Below the pieces are notes generated by a model. That model was not told the origin of the DNA. It made no database searches and saw only the letters and a program-made list of their open reading frames with translations. A stretch of DNA of 64,000 nucleotides, from assembly GCF_009914755.1 (NCBI RefSeq), contig NC_060936.1. One strand, 5' to 3'. Made by a program: the position numbers and the translations under genes. Positions 1 through 16,329 of this stretch are shown here, piece by piece (position 1 is the first letter of the stretch; each line of letters opens with the position of its first letter). The stretch comes from the human T2T-CHM13v2.0 reference genome, Homo sapiens.

Positions 1-524
1 TCATAAATAAATTGTGGTAAGAAACACACACTATACAGTTGACCGTCTTAGCTATTTTTGGGTGTACCGTTCATCCCTTCTGCATTTTACGTTTCTGCAT
101 TGTGTGGGAGCTCTTACTGCTTCCTGGAAATGCTACTCTCTCTGATGCCTCAGTGCTCCTGGCCCTTGGCCATGCCTGTGTGGCCTTTCCCCACCTTGTC
201 CATCTAGATTCTGACAGGATTTCTTGTCCCACTCCCTCCAGAGAGTTAGCCACTCTCTCCTCTAAGCTGCCTCTTTGCATATATTTCTATTTTGTCCCTA
301 TCACAGTGCATCATTATTATTATTATTTTTTCCATTGGAAAAGGATTTTATTTCACCATAAAAATGCAAACTGGAATAAACATCATCTTTCCTAATGCAA
401 ATGTTACAGCTATTTTTAAGTATTTCTGAGTTTCACTTTGAAAAGCAAATGACTATAAAATTAACAAGTTTGCAGCCTTAAATCTGTTTGAGACATTCCA
501 TGTAAAAATAATTTGGTGAAAAAA

Positions 525-861
<337 letters not shown>

Positions 862-1019
862 TAATTATTTGTTGATATGCCTATCTCTCTTACTAGTAGA
901 GTCTGAATTCATTGACAGAAGGATCTTTATCTTCTTATTTTTGTCTTTGGGGCCCCAGAACAGTGTCTGGTACATCATAGATGCCCTAATCAGCATCTGT
1001 GGAATTGACCTGGAGGATA

Positions 1020-2060
1020 TTCCAGGCTGTGGGAATCCTATGTGAAAGAGCCCATGTGGGGAATGTGAGAAGTTTAGTGTGCCTGAGTGTACACTGAGTA
1101 GAAAGCAGTTGAAGGAGATGAGGCAGAAGAAAAGCTGTAGAGTCAGGTCGGATGGTAATAGGATTCCAGGTTGTGGAATTGCCTAGCTTTAGAGGTTGAA
1201 TTTTGTCCTATGGGCATAATGAATCATAAGAAGTTATAAAGCAGAATTATGGCACGGTTACAATTGAATTTTGACAGACACTTTGGAGGCATTGTATAGA
1301 CTAGAGTGGGGAGAGGCTGGTGGCAGGATAATCAAAGAAAAGAGAGACAGCAAGGAAATGACTAAGACAGTAGGTGTGGGAATGGGAGGTAAGTTTGGAT
1401 ATGAAAAACTTATTTTTTAAAGTTAGAACAGATAGGGTTTGGAGACCATCTGGAAGAGGAAGAAAGAGTTGTTGAGGGACAAATAGAAGTCGGGGAAGAT
1501 TTTCAGGTGTCTAGTTCATGAAACTGAATAATTAGTGACATTATTCACAAAGATCTAGAAGAGAGGACTAGAGAAAGTTGGGGCAGATAGATCCATGCTG
1601 AGGGTGGAGATAGGGAAGGAAGGGAAAGAGAATGAGTTTAGGATCAAACACATTAAGCTTGAGATGCTTAAAGGCTATCTTAAATATATCCTGGAAACAT
1701 TCTGACACTTAGGAGAAAAGTTGGGGTCATAAATACAGTTTTGAGAGTTGTCACCCAGTGGCAGTTGAAATTAGGAGGGCTAGATGAAACTTCCCAGGGA
1801 CGGTGTGTAGAGTGAGAAGATGATCAAGGATAGAACACGGTGGAAACATCCATAGGTACTGGCAGTTGGAGGAGCAATAACTTTCAAAAAGATTATTAAG
1901 GAGAAGGTAGAGAAGGAGGAGAAAAAAAAAAAAGCCAAAGGATGAGAAAGTTTCAAGCAGTTAACAGTGTCAAACAGTGCAGAATGCTCAAGTCACATAC
2001 GATGGACAATAGGCCAGCAACACCATCAATCAGGAGGTCATTGGTGACTTTTGTGAGAAC
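1020..2060. mobile_element. Degenerate L2 fragment
   Basis: Purine-rich L2-like sequence ending in aggaggtcattggtgacttttgtgaga. Boundaries approximate. Confidence 0.55.
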
Positions 2061-4529
2061 AGAAGCTGGAGAAATACAGGCCCTGATGGTGTACTGTGCT
2101 ACTGTTTAGATCTCTCTTTCATCTCTTTAACCAATAATCATTAGAGCCAAGGTTCTCAAACCAGTATGAATGTGTGAGGTTTGCAAAAAATTTCTAACAT
2201 CTGTGCAACCTTCCCCCCACGCCCCTCCCCATAAGCTCTCTTTCATTGAGAACCACTACAATAGAGCATGAAATGTTGCTTCTTCTGCCAAAGGTATGAA
2301 TTATCTTCTTGGATAACCTCATATTCATTCATTTATTAGAATCTCATTCATTGATTCACTCACTCAACCAACAAATGTTAATAATAATAATTCTAATGTT
2401 TATGAAGCATTTGTAGTTTCCAAAATGTGGTCACTCCTTAGCCAAACATGTAAGGTCCTTCATAGCAGAGGCCTAGCCTACTTTTCCAGTCCTTCCTCTC
2501 ATTATTCTCTTGCATATAGCCCTTGTTCTAATTAATTAGGACAATTTCTAGACACACCCTCCATCTTTCTTGTTTCTTTGCCTTTATTAATTTCAACAGT
2601 GAAATCTTTCTTCCCATAACAATCTTTCAAAATTCTATATGTCCTTCAAAACCTATATCTAATGTCACCCCTAAGGGTTGCTGCAATTCAACCATTTGGG
2701 GGGATTAGCGTGCTCAAGGTGGGAGCTCTGTTGGTATCTTCCTTGTTAAAGACAGAACTTTTGACATACAATGATATTCAGAAAAGAAAAGTGGGATTCA
2801 ACACCCTTTCCTCTGCCACCCCTTCCCACCTCACCAAATGTGAAGCCAGAGCAGTAGCTCCACTTGCCCACAAGGGACAGGTCCACCTTATTTTAGAAAT
2901 CATTCCTTATTCCAATGCAGTTGAGTATGATTTACCCTTTCTTTGTAACCCTCCAGTGCTTTAAAGAAACATTTCTTCTTATAGCTCTGATCACATTCTA
3001 CTTTGCATTAGGCAGTTGGGGGTTTTCTTTGTCTATCACACCGGTCTGTAAGCTCTTTGAAGTGGAGCATGGGCCTCACTCACCTATCCCCTGCAGTGCT
3101 TAGCGGAGGCAGACTTGAGTTTAACTCCTAGCTGAAATTTGTTTTACCTTTCTGAGCCCCACATTTCTATTTTACCAGGTTCTGTTGAGGACTAAACCAG
3201 AGATAATGTACGTCACTAGCACTTAGTAAGACATTAGCAAATGGTAGATTACAGCTGCTCAAAAATGACCCTTGAACTGAATTAAAAGGCTATGATATAA
3301 GCACTATTTACAAAGGACAATGGAGGAAAACAGCATAGGAGACACTGTTTGAAAGGCTAATAATGTGTATATTTAAGGCAGCATTTATTTACCCATTCAC
3401 TTACTCAACAAACATTTAATGAGCACCTGCTATGTGCTAAGTACTGTGCAAATTGCTAGGGATCTAACTTGAATAAAACAGTCTTGGTCCTTAAAGAGAT
3501 CCCAAGTTTAAAAGAATTATTCCAAGATTTTAAAGATCTTTATACTGGAGGAAAGTAAAGATTTTGCCTCTAAAACATTGAGGTTCTAAGGAGAACATCT
3601 TTATATTCATACAGTTATGATAAGCACTGTCTCTACATTAAATTTCCTAATTTTTTTCTTCACTTGGTTTTTATTATGAGAACATTTAAGCATTTTTCTC
3701 TTAAAGTATCAAAGCACTATTGATTTATGGTTTGTTTCTAATTAAGAAATAATTCATTTGGATTATATAATATGCAATATGAATATATCAAAATGCTATA
3801 TTCAAAACAGTGTAGACATTACTTAAAATGAAATCACATAATCTAGTATGAAAATTATATAATTTTGAGATGACGAAACCTATAGTTACTATATCACTCA
3901 GTCAAGTCAATTTGGTTCTTAAAGCAGATAGGAGAGATTTAGCCAGAAGAAAGATATTATAAGAACCCCTTCTATGGTAATATATGGTAGTCCACCACTC
4001 CTATCTTTTCCTCTAATAGAAAATTCAAGCATTTCCAGGAGTTGACCTCTCCCTTCTACCATATATTTTAAAAGCTACACTCATTTCAGGAATGGCCAGA
4101 GAAGAATGTGTTTCTGTCATATGTGCTAGTAGATTTCTGTCAGCGTGACTTCTCACATAATTACAAGATAAAGATACCATTTGGAAACTATGCAGAACTA
4201 GCTCCAGGCCGAAGGCCCTGACATCTTTCATGGCATACTTTTTCAAGACTCACACCGAGGTCTGCCTTGCATACTTATCTCCTGAAGCTTGATAGCAGTC
4301 AATATCTGACACATACAATCTACTTTTCTTATTTTCTTCCAAAATGCAAACATATTTTCTTCTTGTTTGGAAGGAAAAAGGATCTCCTCAGGTTCTGGTT
4401 CAGTTCTGATTCCCCAACACATATTTCTTACTAATTGTTGATTCTAAAATGCAACCCAAGAACTTATTTTTCACAATAAATGTCAAAGTTATGACCCAGA
4501 GTGACAGAAGTTCTTAACTTCAGCTTTGT

Positions 4530-4836
4530 CTTTGTTGTTGTTTGTTTGTTTTTTGAGACAGAGTCTTGCTCTGTTGCTCAGGCTAGAGTGCAGTGGCGTA
4601 ATCTTGGCTGACTACAACCTCCGCCTCCCAGGTTCAAGCTATTCTCATGCCTCAGCCTCCTGAGTAGCTGGGATTACAGGCACGTGCCACCACGCCTGGC
4701 TAATTGTGGTATTTTTAGTAGAGACGGGGTTTTGCCAGTTGGTCAGGCTGGTCTTGACCTCCTGACCTCAAGTGATCCACCTGCCTCAGCCTCCCAAAGT
4801 GTTGGGATTACAGGCGTGAGCCACCATGCCCGGCCT
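4530..4836 (-). mobile_element. Alu (AluS-like)
   Basis: Reverse Alu consensus. Confidence 0.9.
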
Positions 4837-5174
4837 GTCTTCTTGTTAGACCCAACAGTTGAACCATCATCATATACTATTATGCTGACATTAATTATTC
4901 TTTTCGTTATAATTTTTAGTGTTCACAGCTGTGGTGAACTGTCCTTAAGAGCCAAAATATTACACTGAGTGGTAACCAGGTATATTTAGAAGCTGTATGG
5001 CCTGTCTAGGTGGTAAATCATTCATCACTGGAGTCATCATTTTCCCCCCAAAACATCTGCCCTAACCTGCTCTCACCCACAACCATGGTGGCAAAACAAA
5101 ATTATTAAAAATGTCAATTTAATTTCCGGATATTTTCACAAGAGTTCATCAATAATGCATGAGACTTACTTTGA

Positions 5175-5478
<304 letters not shown>

Positions 5479-6589
5479 TACCTTCTTTACCCAAGTGTTC
5501 TACTGGAAGAAAATCTATGGTAACAGTGCAAAAGTTTTGAAACAGATGAGGTAGAGGAAATGAGTACTTTACAAAAGATTTCACAACAGATTCCCTTCAA
5601 GTAATGAATTTAGATAATTGCTGAATATGATAGAAATTTTATCTATAGTTATATGTTTGCAGCAATACATCTGAAAGTGAAGCAGGGCCCCTGCAGCATT
5701 TATAGAAAAGGAGGCAATGCTGCTGTGTAGGACTTTCTAGCAGGAAACACACCTGTTAATGAAACGATGGATGGGCACATTTTCAAATATCTTGTGTGTG
5801 CATAAGGCTCTAAAACTAATATTTGTATCAATCACAAAGGCTGACAATAAATACAGTTGTTTGGAAATTTGCTGTAAGATTTCTTAGAAGACAGAAAATA
5901 AAATAGAAGCAATATAATAAAGTTGGTAAGAGCACAAGCTTGGGAATCAGACTAGATGACTAGATTCTATCCAGAACTAGATTCTGGTGATGAGGCTTAT
6001 TATTTACAAGACTTTGTGAAATTAACTTCTTCAGCTGTCAGTTTTCTCATTAATGAAGGAAGCCACAGAGATGTTTTGTGAGGTTTGAGATCATGTATGT
6101 AAATATTTAGCAATGTATCAGGCATCTAGTGGCACCAAATGCTAAAAAAAAAAAGGATATTATTATCTAGATGAAACGTATTCGTATAAAAATGCTCACC
6201 ACTCGTTCATTCATTCACTTGCAACTTTACCAAAGGGTTATTGAACTTTAAGGTTAACATGAACTATGCTAGGGGCCGAAGATACAAAGATGACTACAAA
6301 AAGTCATATCTCTTGAGTGAGGGAAGAGAGAAGTGTAGATAATGACAGGGCAGTAAGCATTATACCCGAGGTAGTTCAGGGTGCATGAGAATACAGGAGC
6401 AACAAACTGCCTCATTGTAGATATGTTTTTTTTTTTAAAGGAAACTAATGATTGAACTGGCTTTCAAAATAGCCTCCTTGCCTTTGTATCAGAGAGGAAC
6501 ACTGCTTTCTTGACTACTCTAAGTTCTATGGAATTAAGTTACTCTCCTGTTATATGTTCCTTTCCTTGGACAAAAAAAATTAACTTATT

Positions 6590-6906
<317 letters not shown>

Positions 6907-7783
6907 TTAACCTATTACTCTTATTTTGTGGATCAGAGTATGTTGAAAAAAAGGAGGGTGTGATCTATGGTCCTGCTGCCCTGAAATGTCATATAGGACA
7001 AGAGTCACAGCGGTCAACCTGCATGAATATAAAAAGTACACAAACACAAGCACAAGACAGGAACATAATGGAACCATTATGGCTCCCTTTATTCTGAAGA
7101 GATTGCTATAGCCTTTGATGATGGAGTCAAAGGAGGTAATTGCTGCCGGTTCATCTTTATTCCCACCTTCCACTAGAACTCTAGGAGTCTGCCTGTCTTC
7201 CACTGAGGGAGTGATCTGTGATCTTAAGCTCACTGTTGAAACCACCAATGGAATTCAGCATCTTACCGCTCTGAAACTGGCCTCCTTTAATATTACCTGA
7301 TGGCTCTAACTTTTGTTATTTTGTTATAAAAGCTACACTGGGAGAAAAATACCCTAAAAGTATTTGCTCCTGATTTAGCTTTTCTAAAAACAGAACTCAA
7401 AGTTCAAGGCCCTTAGCTGGGAAAGAAGCTGCTTGTCAAGATCTTTCACCAAGACCGCGGCGGCCACTCCCTCCGCGCGGCCACTCCCTCGGCAGCGACT
7501 CCAGGCTCCCAACATTGTTTTCTCCTGAAAAGGCCAAGGCCCTACAGAATTTCTGAGGGGGATTTTTAATAGTGAAGTCATTCCAAAAGCTGCCCAGCTG
7601 CCTGCTGAATTCTTAGAGCAAGGGGGACTTAAGGGAGATGATTTCGAGACACAGCTTTAAGAAGAAACGACACAATTTGAACTGTTATACATAAATAGAG
7701 TGTGAAGTTAAATAGTAGAAAAAATGAGATCTTTTAACTTTTTTTTCTTTTTGGCACTGTTTTCTTCTTTCCTTCTGCTATCA

Positions 7784-8330
<547 letters not shown>

Positions 8331-8506
8331 TCATTTACTGAAGTTCAGTGTCTCCTGAGTTTTTGTACATCCTACCCAAAAGAGGGGTAGGATGCATGAG
8401 ATCTGCCTCTAAAGCTTTAAAAAATAAATGTACAGTATTTAAGTCTGTTTCCTGTCTTCTATACACATTTAAATGCATACTGCAAATAAATACAAAAGTC
8501 ATAGCC

Positions 8507-8792
8507 TTTATTTTATTTTATTTTGAGACAAGTCTTGCTCTGTCGCCCAGGCTGGAGTGCAATGGCGTGATCTTGGTTTACTGCAACCTCCACCTCCTGG
8601 GTTCAAGTGATTCTCCTGCCTCAGCCTCCTGAGTAGCTGGGGTTACAGGTGTGTGCCACCACACCTGGCTAATTTTTGTATTTTCAGTAGAGACAAGGTT
8701 TCACCATGTTGGCCAGGCTGGTCTTGAACTCCTGACCGCAAGTGATCTGCCCGCCTCGGCCTCCCAAAGTGCTGGGATTACAGGCGCTCAGC
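8507..8792 (-). mobile_element. Alu
   Basis: Reverse Alu; flanked by catagccttt(t)atttt repeats. Confidence 0.9.
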
Positions 8793-9039
8793 CATAGCCT
8801 TTATTTTTAATGCTTGCTATGTGACTACTGCTCAGATTCCCTATTTAATTTCTGTATCATTCCTTTCATGTTTACTAGTTGTAGCTGGGCCAGTTACTAT
8901 TTATTCCTGGGTATATCTAAGAGATCTTAGGCAGCTAAAAAGCCAATTTTATATTCTTGATTTGCTACTTTAATTAAAACTGAAGAAAGCACTTTTGCAT
9001 ATACAGACAAATTTTATCATGGGAAAACTTGGGTGCACC

Positions 9040-9195
9040 ATTCTCTCCCTTCCTCCCTCCCTCCCTCCCTCTTTTCTTTTCTCTTTTCTTTCTTTCCCTC
9101 CCTCCCTCTTTCTTTTTCTTTCCTTTCCTTCCCCTTCCCCTTCCCCTTTCCCTCCCTCCCATACTCACTTCCTTCCTTCCTTCCTTATTTTTCCA
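9040..9195. repeat. CT-rich polypyrimidine low-complexity tract
   Basis: Mixed (ccct)n, (cttt)n and (cctt)n. Confidence 0.9.
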
Positions 9196-10034
9196 CCTGT
9201 TCAGCCTCCTGTATTTCCAATCTATGCAGGCACCTAGCCAGGAACTGGAGTTATCCCTAGCTCCTTTTTCCTTTGGAGAAACAAACCTAACTGTGTCTAT
9301 CTTCGATCTCGCCTTTGAACTGATGCGGTTCATCCTGCCATAATCTGTCATGCTCCCCTTTTTTTTTCATAACACTTATTATAGCTTTTAATTACATATT
9401 TACTTGGGTAAATTTATTTAGAGTCTATTTCCACGGGGATAGAGACAATTTTGTTGTACAGACAGTGACTAGAATAGGCCTGCCACATGAGAGGCACTGA
9501 ATAAATTTAGGTTGAGTTTTTTAAATTGAACTATTTGTGTCATTTAAAAAATATTTCTTAATAATTGATGATCTTATGGCCTCCAATAATCTTCTGATTT
9601 TTCACCTCACTGCCGTCACTATAGTACATTGTAAAGGGCTAGAGGATAGGAACCACATCGTTTTATCGCTGTATCCCCCAAACCTAGGTCAATGCCTGAC
9701 CCATTTTAGCAAATCACTCACCTTTGTTACATTAATAAATGAACGTGCATCTTAATAAGCAACAATCATGAAATGATTTTATGTTTTGATGAACCTCCTA
9801 GAAGGTCCATACTGCTCTTTATAGGTTTCTGTGAATAATATCTTAACACCACAGGATTGTAGTACTGGATACTGGATACTAGAAACAGAAAACCACCCCA
9901 ACAAATCTATGGTAAACTCAAATGGTCAAAACAAAGCAGATTATTCTGCACCTTCCCAGAGCAAGACTATATCCTATATTTAATGCTTCAGTCAGTCCAG
10001 CTTTATTATTTATTTTTTGTAAGAAAAGTTCTTT

Positions 10035-10339
<305 letters not shown>

Positions 10340-11007
10340 GTTATTTATTCTAACTTGATAGGGGACATTCTCCACCCGTAAGTACCTTTCACTGGCAGCA
10401 AAATTTCTTTCACATTAATCAATCTGAAATTCCTTTCACCCAATTATATCCAATTAGAACTCTTTGTTCAAGGAAAGTAAATTATTTTTTGCCACACCTC
10501 TACTTCCCCCTTACACCTTTTGAGTATTTATAGAAAGTTGCTGTAGTATCCTTGAGAAATTTCCTGGATAATCTGACAATATTTATCATCTTTCACACTT
10601 ATTCATTAGTATCTCTCTTTTCTTGATGGTTTTTGTTGGCCTATCTGGAATATTCTCCAGTCATTTCCATCTTTCCTATACTAAGATTCCTTAGGATGAA
10701 ATCAGTTCTTTAGATTCAAATACTACATGGCTATTTATCAGTAAGCAGGGCCTTACAAAACTAAAGGCTTTTACTTTTTTTTTTTTTTCAAAAAAACTAG
10801 GTTCTTTAAAAATTATTTTTGCCTTTAAAATATATATTTTATTATTTCTTCCTTTGGGTTTTGATTCTGTTGTCATTAACTGGGTCACGGTGTGTAATAC
10901 AGTTCTTTGGATCTTTGCAGGTCATGGGATCTTTGTAGTCAGACTAACCTGGGTTCAAATCCCAGCCTTGGCACTGACCAGCTATGTGAACATGGGCAAA
11001 TTATATA

Positions 11008-11338
11008 CAGTCATCCCTCAACATCCGTGGATTCAGCATCCATAGAATCAACCCACTGTGGATCAAAAATATTTGAGGAGAAACCCAGTAAAAAATAGCA
11101 ATACAACAATACAACTAAACACTACAGTATAACAACTATTTACACAGCATTTACATTGTATTAGGTATTATAAGTAACCTAGAGATGATTTACAGTATAC
11201 AGGGGGGTGTGCATAGGTTATATGAAAATACTAAGCCATTTCATATAAGGGACTTGAGCATCCATGAATTTTGGTATCCTCGGGGATCCTGGAACCAATC
11301 CCTCGAGGATACTGTGGATGGAGGAACAGGGACAACTG
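11008..11338 (+). mobile_element. MER2 (Tigger2-derived) element nested in a MIR
   Basis: ta|cagtcatccct...agggacaactg|ta. MIR core is split on both sides (ctgggttcaaatcccagc... and ...ctcagtgtcttcatttgtaaaat). Confidence 0.8.
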
Positions 11339-11712
11339 TAATCAATTTAAGTCTCAGTGTCTTCATTTGTAAAATAGAAAATATAGCACATAAAGCTATA
11401 ACTTAGCACATAAACATTGCTAAATTACCTACCACGAGGTCTGGTCCATGACAGCCATTCACCAAATGCTCATTCTCTTCTTTATGCACCTTCTAATTTT
11501 GTCCAGACCTTCTGAAGATTTTGATATTTTCTAATTGTTTGCTTGATTATTACATGTCCTCATCAAAAGTAGAATGGTATACTATTTATTTATTCAGTGA
11601 ATTACTGCATTCCACTTTCTTCTTGGAAGACATTTTAGAGAATTTCATGACCTTGTCCACTTCTCTTCCCAAATGTGACTGATTTTTATTATCCATCAAT
11701 TTGTAAAGTTTT

Positions 11713-12064
<352 letters not shown>

Positions 12065-13223
12065 TTATTTAATCTTTTTAAAGGATTGCCTTAGTATGAT
12101 TATTATGTTATGACATATCTATTTTCTCTATTTCTCTCACTTCTTAAACTCTGGTTTTACTTCTTGGATTAAAAAAAAAAAAAAAAGCTGAGATTAAAGT
12201 TTCCCAACTATTACTGCCAAGTTACTGTTCTATTTAAAGTGTGGTTTCCACAAACAGTTACTTCATATTGATTCTATGCTGGAATCATTCACAGTTGCTT
12301 TCAATATAAAACAAGGATGTCTATGTTGTTTATATGGTATAAAATGAACTCACGTGACTTTGCCAAACCTACAATTTGAAAGAAAAAGCCCACAAGTTAC
12401 TATTTGAAGAGACCTCAATAACCTTTGGGAAGGAATGGACTGGTTCACAGGCACGAGAATAAACAAATGAAAGGTGCTTATGTTTTCTTACATGTGTAAT
12501 TGTGGTAAGGTATTCTGGATTTAATTAGTGTAAAAATTGTACTTGAAAGATAGACTGAAATGGAAGCATCACTATACAGGAGGTAAAATGAAATAACTGT
12601 TTAAGAGAGATCAGTGCAAACGGAAATGCAGAGACTCTTCCTGAGAGCATCATGAGAAGGGGCTATTTGAGTAGAGTGTGAAGAATGGCAATAGAGACTG
12701 AGGCAAGAGAGTCATCCACCCAAAGCACCTGCATCTCCAACAGCTGAGTAGTTTTCACCTAAGCCAGAAAGAAGGAAAAAAAAAAAAAGATCTGGATGAT
12801 ATAACCCTTTCTTTACAAAGATAGCTGGTTCATTTGGGTAGGTAGCCATGAAACCAGATGCTATCTTGGTAAATGCTTGGTTTGGGTTTTAGGGCAGAGA
12901 GACCAAGTTTATTTTTATTCACTCTGTGCTAAAGGGCAATTGACTACATTTATTTTGGCCCATCAGGGAGGAAGGAAGGGCATGCCAATCTTTCAAGAGG
13001 TTGTTTACTTTGACAGAGAATGAATTCTGCTTTCTTTTCCATTTTCTGATTTTCCTTTTAATATGGAGAAAGACTATGTAATAGTTTAAAATATGTGTCT
13101 TGGCATAAAAGTCAATAAATTTATTGTAAAGGAATTAACTGGTTGTTTCCTAAAAGGAGTTAATTCTGTTCTACAGGCATTTCTTTAAACACCTGTTTCA
13201 AACAGTGTATTCTTCTAAAGTGA

Positions 13224-13226
<3 letters not shown>

Positions 13227-13279
<53 letters not shown>

Positions 13280-13445
13280 AGGGTCTCAGTCTGCCACCCT
13301 GGTTGTGTAGTGCAGTGGTGTGATCATGGCTCACTGCAGCCTCAAACTCCTGGGCACAAGTGGTCCTCCTGCCTGAGCCTCCTGAGTTGCTGGGACTACA
13401 AGTGCATACCATCATGCTCAGCTAATTAATTTTTTTTTAAAGAGA
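13227..13445 (-). mobile_element. Old Alu right arm (AluJ/FRAM-like) with a T49 tail
   Basis: Pure T run at 13227-13275 followed by a diverged Alu right arm. Confidence 0.8.
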
Positions 13446-13474
13446 GCTTATGCTAGAGACAAGACTGGTATAAG

Positions 13475-13678
13475 CAGTGGTTTTCAAATGCTGAGCCAAG
13501 AGGCCAAAAGGCTGAATCAGAGTCACCAACGATGCTTTTTAAAGGAATGCAGATTTCTGTCCGGACGCCCTGTTGGAGATTCTGATTCAGTGTATTCTGG
13601 GCAGGACTCTAAGATTGCACATTTTGAGTAAGTGCTCCCTGGTGATTCTGACCCACAGCCAGGTTTGGGAACCAATGA
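13475..13678. mobile_element. MER5-type hAT MITE
   Basis: cagtggttttcaaa...gagattctgattcagt...tttgggaacca. Confidence 0.65.
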
Positions 13679-13786
13679 CTTGAGGTGAGAGAAGTGGGGC
13701 TGTGAAAGTGGAGGCAAGACCTTGTCCAAACCATTCTACTTTTGACTCAGAGTCTGAGTCTGACTTCCTGATGAAAAATGACCTGA

Positions 13787-14266
<480 letters not shown>

Positions 14267-15139
14267 GCTGTCACATTTTAAAAATATGCCTGCTATAGAA
14301 AAATCTACCTGTGTTATAGGTTACCAAAGTCACATAGGTGACTTTAAAGGTTTCAAGTGAGTTACTCTAAAAGAGACTATCCACTTTTTGAACAGAGAGA
14401 TGAGATTCCTCAAAGTACCTCAGTACACAGTGAGAATTACATTCCCCTTTTTCCTTCTGTGCCTGAGCAACGAGTCACTTTGAGCCTCCATTTCTGTTCT
14501 CAGCCCTAGGTTCAGCTGGAGAGATTCATGTTTTCCCTTGTGTTTACAGACCTTAAATGCACTGTCCTTTCAAAAATTTTTTTTTCCTAAGCTGTAGAAA
14601 TAAATTCAGTTTCAGTGATCTCCCCAGTCTTAAAAAAACAAACAACATCCCTGGAATCCTCAGAAGTGATTTCTTGGCATGGTAATGTGTAGTTGATTGT
14701 GCTGGGTCCAACAGTAGACTCTGATTAAGGTTGAAATAAAGAGGAAGTGAGAACAGGGATGATTTAATTGCTCACAAGAAATAAATCTATTGGCTAGAAG
14801 ATTTGGTTCAGGGCCTCGTTTCTTCAGGTTTGATGAATTTATAACCATTAAGTAAAAATGTACACATAAAACCATAGCATTTAGCATGGTGCTTCTCAGG
14901 AGAGTGGGAGGAAAAATCTCCTAGAACATTCGTGGAACCAGTAAGTCCTTGGCTTAACCTGGCAGGAAACTAGCTACCTAACTGCAAACAAAACCCCAAG
15001 ATTAATGCCATCAATATTTGTTGAATGAATCAACATGCCCAGGTAAGTATTTTATTACATGTATCATAGATGCTGTGAGGAAGAACATCATCAATTTGTT
15101 TCATTTTCTAGATCAACTCATTAAAAATGACTGAGATTA

Positions 15140-15535
<396 letters not shown>

Positions 15536-15931
15536 CTAAGAAGTAGGGAGGGATCTTTTCAAGGAAGTCTTCCCTAAATTGTCCTCACTCACCCCCACAC
15601 TCTCCCTAAGGCACTTGCTGTATCTTTTTCATTGCACTTTCCTCTTGTAAAATGGGTGGTAATAATGTTACCTACATTGAAGTGCTTTAGTGAAAGTTAA
15701 AAAAGTGAAAACATACACAGCCCTTTGAATAGTGACCAGAAAATAGTATGCACTCAATATACGTCAGCAATTACTATGATATTGTCATCATCATCACCAC
15801 CACAGAGTACTGAAATGATCTATTATTATACATTTCTCCTCATCTAGAATGTAACATCTCTTAGGGAAGATCTTCTGATTTTCACAGACTTAATGTTGGC
15901 ACAGGGGAAGCACTCAATAAATGTTTTCTGA

Positions 15932-16329
<398 letters not shown>

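Noticed and set aside
7462-7490. ggccactccctc matches 12 nt at the start of the AAV2 ITR
   Set aside because: No GCTC Rep-binding repeats or ITR hairpin follow; a 12-mer match is expected by chance.
8974-9351. Overlapping ORFs rich in R/K/E/G or S/F/P/L
   Set aside because: Artefacts of the CT low-complexity tract.
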